This document shows, in pieces, positions 58,917-64,000 of a DNA stretch of 64,000 nt; the stretch's first letter is position 1, and each line of letters starts with the position of its first letter. This DNA is from Clostridia bacterium (GTDB lineage Bacteria > Bacillota > Clostridia > RGIG6154): assembly GCA_045648505.1 (NCBI GenBank), contig JAZROD010000060.1, positions 45,904 through 109,903 on the forward strand. Direction: 5' to 3'. The notes below the pieces were generated by a model. It worked only from the letters and a program-made list of their open reading frames with translations. It did no database searches and was not told the DNA's origin. A program made the translations under genes and the position numbers.

Positions 58917-60674
58917 ATGAAAAAGATAATTTCAATTATAATAGCAGTAACAATGCTTCTATCAACTGTAAGCGTATTTGCGTCAACATCTGTTGGCGTA
59001 AATATGCTGGATGTTAACCTTTTAGACAGTGTTATTAAAGTTAAATTAGACAATGCCGAAAACGGCGAAAACATCCTTTTGGTTGTAACAAACCCTGGAT
59101 ATGACGATACTGCTGCTGATATTAAATATGCAGTTCAGAACTACCAAAGTCTTACAGCTGATGAAGAAGGAAAAGCTGAATATTCATTCAAGCTTTATGC
59201 ACCACAGGATGGTGAATACAAAATTTATGCAAACGGTAGCTACCTTGCAGCATTCAAATATGATGTAGCTGCTATGAAATCTGCAGTTGATACAATTGTA
59301 GGATATGCTGCAAGCAACAACAAAACAGAACTTGAAACATACATTAAAAATGCAGATGTTTTAAGAAATCTTGCTCTTGACACATTCGAACCAATCGTAA
59401 ACACACAGATTGGTATTGATATGGGTAAAGTAGCTGAAAAGCTTATCGTTGAAGTTAACAAAAATACTTTCACAGGTTCAGATAAAGAAAACAGTGCAAA
59501 ATTACAGAACATCATCAAAACTGTTGTTGCACTCGAACTCTTCAACCAGAACAAAGCTGATCAGTACATCTATAACAATGACGGATCATTAGTTCATGAT
59601 TCAGCATTAAAGCTTTCAACACTTGACGAAAACAAAAATGTAACATTATATGCTTACTATGTAAACGGTTACAGTGAAGGTGCTAACGAATATGCTCTTA
59701 CAAATGCTGGTAAAGCTGCAATTAAGAGTGCATTAAAAGGCAAAAACTTCGCTTCAACTGAAGATCTTTACAAAGTATTTATGGAAGCAGTTATCGTAAA
59801 CGGTGTAAACAAAACTACACTTAAAGGTAGCTCAGCTTCAATCACATACGGACACGTTAAAGGCTTACTTTCAGCTGCAAACAAATCAGCTACAGGTGTT
59901 ACAGGTAATGTAACAAACTTTGTTGCTAACAAGCTTGCAGGTACAGCTGCTATTGCAGATATTGCTGCATTAAACGAACTTATTAAAAATTACGCAGCTC
60001 TTGAATCACAGCAGGGTGGCGGTTCAACCGGCGGCGGTGGCGGCGGCGGTTCTTCAGCTCCTGGTCTTTCAGCAGGTGGAACAATGGTTGTTACTCCTGT
60101 AGTAAATGTTGATGCTACAAAACAGAACGACAAAAACGCAAACGAAAACCTTAAATATGCTTTCTCAGATATCGCAGACGTTGCATGGGCAACAGAAGCT
60201 ATTGAAGCTTTATCAGCTAAAGGCATTATCAATGGTGTGGGTGATGGTAAATTCGATCCACAGGCTACTGTTACAAGAGAACAGTTCGTAAAAATGCTTT
60301 GCGTTGCACTTAATCTTACAGAAGAAGCTGAAATCAGCTTCACAGATATCGCAAGTGATGACTGGTCACTTCCATACATCAAAAAAGCAGTTAAAGCAGG
60401 ACTTATTTCAGGTATGGACGATAACACATTCGGTTACGGAGTTGGTATTTCAAGACAGGATATCGCAGTTATACTCCACAGAACAGTAAAAGAAACAACA
60501 GGTGATGCTCAGTTTGCAGACAAAGCTGAAATTGCAGATTATGCAGTTGAAGCAGTTGGAGCTCTTTCAGGTCTTAAAATCTTAAACGGTTTTGAAGACG
60601 GTAGTTTCAAACCAAACGCAAGCTGTACAAGAGCACAGGCGGCAGTAATTATTTATAATTACCTTAACAGATAA
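58917..60674 (+). CDS. Surface protein with C-terminal SLH repeats and Gly-rich linker
   Basis: Signal peptide, GGSTGGGGGGGSS linker, three C-terminal SLH motifs (TREQFVKML, ISRQDIAVIL, TRAQAAVII). AGGAGG RBS before the ATG at 58917. Confidence 0.75.
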   Translation: MKKIISIIIAVTMLLSTVSVFASTSVGVNMLDVNLLDSVIKVKLDNAENGENILLVVTNPGYDDTAADIKYAVQNYQSLTADEEGKAEYSFKLYAPQDGEYKIYANGSYLAAFKYDVAAMKSAVDTIVGYAASNNKTELETYIKNADVLRNLALDTFEPIVNTQIGIDMGKVAEKLIVEVNKNTFTGSDKENSAKLQNIIKTVVALELFNQNKADQYIYNNDGSLVHDSALKLSTLDENKNVTLYAYYVNGYSEGANEYALTNAGKAAIKSALKGKNFASTEDLYKVFMEAVIVNGVNKTTLKGSSASITYGHVKGLLSAANKSATGVTGNVTNFVANKLAGTAAIADIAALNELIKNYAALESQQGGGSTGGGGGGGSSAPGLSAGGTMVVTPVVNVDATKQNDKNANENLKYAFSDIADVAWATEAIEALSAKGIINGVGDGKFDPQATVTREQFVKMLCVALNLTEEAEISFTDIASDDWSLPYIKKAVKAGLISGMDDNTFGYGVGISRQDIAVILHRTVKETTGDAQFADKAEIADYAVEAVGALSGLKILNGFEDGSFKPNASCTRAQAAVIIYNYLNR

Positions 60675-60694
60675 TCAGAAAGGAGAGAAAATAT

Positions 60695-63600
60695 ATGATG
60701 AAGAAACTTATTTCTATTGTTTTAACAATATGTATGCTTTTCAGCCTGATAACTGTTACAACAGCCGCTGAAATTTCAGAAGACGAAAGACTCGCGCTTT
60801 TAAAAGAAAAAGATTATACATTTATTAACATTAATCCTAACATCGATGCTTTCGCATCAATCGAAGTAATCAGAGATTATGCACCTTTCTATTCAGCAGA
60901 ATCAGCTGATGCATCTTCTGCATATAATGCAGTACATGATGCAGGTGGCTATACTTATATGACAAGAATCCCAAGCTTTACACATGGTGGTCTTGCTATT
61001 ACAGGTAACGAAAGCTACTACAAAAAAGGTATGGGTTACTTCAATATTGATGAAGAAAGAATTTATTCATCACAGAATCACAGCCCATTTATGTTCGCTA
61101 CTGAATCATTTAAGCTTTCTGCAGATGAATTAAAAAATTATAAATTTAATATTTACAAAAATGTTGCAAAAGCAACAACAGCTAAAGCATTTGCTGCAAA
61201 TCCTGCCGGATTCCCGGCATCAACAACAGCATTCCCAAATGGTGATAATGGTTATGACTATATGCCAAATGTTGTTGATACAGAATATGTAGGCTCAAAC
61301 TATAATGTTATTCTTAAAGATAACGACACAGATGTTAAAATCAAAATTGGTCCTATCAACGATAAAGACTTCGTTGCAAACGCGGTAGATCATGTTGGTG
61401 GTGGCAGAACTGTTAACCACAGCGTTGCAGTTCCTGAAGGCGTAAAAGGCAATAGCATTGCAATCGCTGCAACAGTAGGTTCTGTTAACAACGGTGGTTC
61501 AGTATCAGGTTTATCAATTTCACCTGGAGCAGCGCTTTTACCAATCGAGATTACATATGCTGACGGCGATGTTGAAAGAAAACAGATGGTTATCACAAGC
61601 ATGGCAAACAAGAACGATATGGTATCTTCTGCAATTGTTTTCGGTGATAAATACGATGGTGGCAGAGAAATCGACTATAAAACTGAAACAGGCTACTATT
61701 CATCACTTCAGTTCATGCCTGCAAATTCAGGTCTTACATTTGCAGATGTAAAATTCCCTGAAAATGTTAGCGCTGGTGACATTAACTTTGGTTTTGCAGC
61801 AAGAGGAAATCAGCATGAATATTATGCAGATTTCTCAAATATGGTTAACTTAGGTACATTCCCACTTAAGGATAAAGAAATTTCTACAATTAAGTATGTA
61901 AACGATTCATCTCCTGGTGATAACAACATCGAAGGAACTATTTCATTTACCAGTACAACCGGTTCTGCAAATGTAAGAGCACTTGTTCCTGTTGAAATTA
62001 AAAACGGTGATGCTGATAAAGTTTACTTCTTATACTTAGGTAGAATCACACAGCAGCCTGCAATATTTGCTACAACAGTTATCAATGCATCACTTCAGGA
62101 AAAAATTGATGCAATCAATGCAAAACTTGAACTCGTTGATGAGAACACAACAGAAGCAGATTGCGAAGCAATCGATAAAGCTATCACAGCTTTAAAAGCA
62201 GAAAGCGATCTTGTTAAAGACAGTGATTTCATCACAGACAAATACGAACTTATTAAAGAAAAACTTCTTGCACTCGCTCAGAGAAAAATCGCTGCAGTTG
62301 AAGCTGCTATTGAAGGTCTTGCAGATACATATACATACGAAATGAAAGCTGCTTTCACAGAAGTATATGCAGATTATGTATTCTTATTTGAAAACGGTAT
62401 TGAAGAAAGCGCTATCAATCCTGCTCTCAACAGTAAGATTAAAGCTCTCTATGCTCAGTTTGAAAAAGCTGACAAACTTGAAAAAATGGTTGCAGAATGG
62501 GACGAATATTCATACACAATGTATGAAGATGTAGTAGCTGCAAATGAAGCAATTGCTGAAATGGAAGCTATGGTATCAGAAAAAACAGCTACAGATGTTA
62601 AAGAATATTATGAAACAGCTACAACTGCAAAAACTATTGATAACAAAATCAAAGCACTTGCAGATACATACAGCTCAGAAATGCTTGAAGATGTTCTCGC
62701 TATCGAAAAAGAAGCAAACGAATTCGTTGAAAAGGGCGGAAACGAAGGAGCATTTGAATTCCTTGCTAAACTTGAAAATCTCGTTAAATCAGCAGCAGAA
62801 GATATTCTCGTAGCTGATGTTGAAGAAGTTTCAAAGAAATTAGCAGAACTTCCAAAACCATACTCAACAGAAATGAAAGCTGAAATTGAAGCTATCGTTG
62901 CTGCAGTTGCATCAATCGAAGAAAGAGGCGGAGAACTTCCTGCAGATGCACAGGCTATTCTCGATGAATTCCTTGCACAGAAAAACGAAGCTGCATTCTA
63001 TGTAACAACAAAATTAAACTACACAAGAGATATTTTTGAAGATGTTAAAAAATATGCTGCTCAGGGTTATGCAGATAAAGATAAGAAAGTTTATGTATAT
63101 CCTTCAGATGCATGGCATCCAACAGTTACTGCACAGGCAAACGGCAAATTTGCATTTGACGAAGCAGGCTTTATGACACAGTTTAAGCTTGATGACAAAA
63201 ATGTTGCTACAGTAAATGGTATTCCTTACCAGTTTGGTCCTGTTTTATCAAAAGTAAACGGTGTGGCTAACGAACCTAACTCAATCAATAATGCAGATTG
63301 CTCAAATGGTATTGAAATTCCGGTTGAAGAACTTCCATACGAAGAACTTTATCTTGTAGCTTGGTCAAAGACTGCTGATTCAACAGTAGCTATCACATAC
63401 AACTACACAGATGGTACATCTTCAGCAGAAGCAACAACTAACAAAATCAAAGGTGGTATATCAGGTAAACCAACAAATGATGCTTTAGGAACAGTTCTTA
63501 ACGCATCAGGTATTACATTCTTCAGAGCATACTCTGCAACAGCTATAAACGACCAGACATATGGTTGGGGTGGTTACTCAATTTATGTATCATCACACTT

Positions 63601-64000
63601 CTTAAGACCAAACGATAAGAAAGTATTAAAATCTATCTCAATCATAGCTTCTGATAAAGACGTTAACATTCTTGCTTTAACAGGTAAGGTTGCAAACAGC
63701 GGTATCGTTTCAAAGAAACTTGATGCTTCTGTTGCAGGTCTTGCAGGTGATAATGAAGATGACGAAATCAGAAAGCTCGTTGGTGATTCTAAGAAATATA
63801 TGGAAATCCTTGATGCTAAGGGTGTTGCTTATAACGAAACATATGCTGCAACAGTTCAGCAGTATGCTGAAGAATATATTACAGTTGATTCAGTTGAATG
63901 CTACACAGATACAGACAACAGAAACATCACTGTTACATTCTCAGGTGCAATTGCTGATGAATGCATCACAAAGAACAACTTTGTATTAAAGAAAGATGGC
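60695..64000 (+). CDS. Large secreted protein, 5' partial in window (continues past the window end)
   Basis: Signal peptide MMKKLISIVLTICMLFSLITVTTAAE. Frame 2 stays open from 60695 to 64000 (read manually). The listed small ORFs at 61494, 62544 and 63690 are in another frame. Confidence 0.6.
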   Translation, partial: MMKKLISIVLTICMLFSLITVTTAAEISEDERLALLKEKDYTFININPNIDAFASIEVIRDYAPFYSAESADASSAYNAVHDAGGYTYMTRIPSFTHGGLAITGNESYYKKGMGYFNIDEERIYSSQNHSPFMFATESFKLSADELKNYKFNIYKNVAKATTAKAFAANPAGFPASTTAFPNGDNGYDYMPNVVDTEYVGSNYNVILKDNDTDVKIKIGPINDKDFVANAVDHVGGGRTVNHSVAVPEGVKGNSIAIAATVGSVNNGGSVSGLSISPGAALLPIEITYADGDVERKQMVITSMANKNDMVSSAIVFGDKYDGGREIDYKTETGYYSSLQFMPANSGLTFADVKFPENVSAGDINFGFAARGNQHEYYADFSNMVNLGTFPLKDKEISTIKYVNDSSPGDNNIEGTISFTSTTGSANVRALVPVEIKNGDADKVYFLYLGRITQQPAIFATTVINASLQEKIDAINAKLELVDENTTEADCEAIDKAITALKAESDLVKDSDFITDKYELIKEKLLALAQRKIAAVEAAIEGLADTYTYEMKAAFTEVYADYVFLFENGIEESAINPALNSKIKALYAQFEKADKLEKMVAEWDEYSYTMYEDVVAANEAIAEMEAMVSEKTATDVKEYYETATTAKTIDNKIKALADTYSSEMLEDVLAIEKEANEFVEKGGNEGAFEFLAKLENLVKSAAEDILVADVEEVSKKLAELPKPYSTEMKAEIEAIVAAVASIEERGGELPADAQAILDEFLAQKNEAAFYVTTKLNYTRDIFEDVKKYAAQGYADKDKKVYVYPSDAWHPTVTAQANGKFAFDEAGFMTQFKLDDKNVATVNGIPYQFGPVLSKVNGVANEPNSINNADCSNGIEIPVEELPYEELYLVAWSKTADSTVAITYNYTDGTSSAEATTNKIKGGISGKPTNDALGTVLNASGITFFRAYSATAINDQTYGWGGYSIYVSSHFLRPNDKKVLKSISIIASDKDVNILALTGKVANSGIVSKKLDASVAGLAGDNEDDEIRKLVGDSKKYMEILDAKGVAYNETYAATVQQYAEEYITVDSVECYTDTDNRNITVTFSGAIADECITKNNFVLKKDG

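Noticed and set aside
61494-63989. Small + strand ORFs 61494..61751, 62544..62813 and 63690..63989
   Set aside because: They are in a different frame from the long open secreted-protein ORF (frame of 60695) that spans this region. Their amino-acid composition is Q/L-biased and typical of off-frame reading.

Overview
This window is a low-GC Firmicutes (Clostridia-like) chromosomal segment. The backbone is housekeeping genes: an acyl-CoA ligase, two overlapping flavoproteins, mscL, argS-ybaK, a PrsA-like foldase, argF-carA-carB, a Fic protein, an amino-acid ABC transporter, ung, a DedA-family protein, and smpB followed by ssrA (tmRNA). There is also a duplicated Gfo/Idh/MocA-AraC-NSS transporter locus and a peptidase/creatininase/GH3 sugar-utilisation-like cluster. 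The last ~25 kb is a run of giant secreted beta-helix and SLH-domain surface proteins. The most unusual region is a ~10 kb composite island at tRNA-Leu(CAA), 23.8-33.8 kb. It combines a C-protein-controlled restriction-modification module with two methyltransferases and a ~6.5 kb integrative element. The element is bounded by a ~26-bp direct repeat of the tRNA 3' end and carries a tyrosine integrase, a MntA/HepT toxin-antitoxin pair, a cI/Cro-like switch, an excisionase-like HTH, a HUH-motif Rep, and a 37-nt perfectly alternating purine-pyrimidine tract. Other points worth a second look are an apparent in-frame CarB-DapF fusion (1340 aa), ssrA embedded in inverted repeats with partial copies of its own 3' end downstream, and a ~300-bp MITE-like palindromic element carrying GCGATATT repeats.
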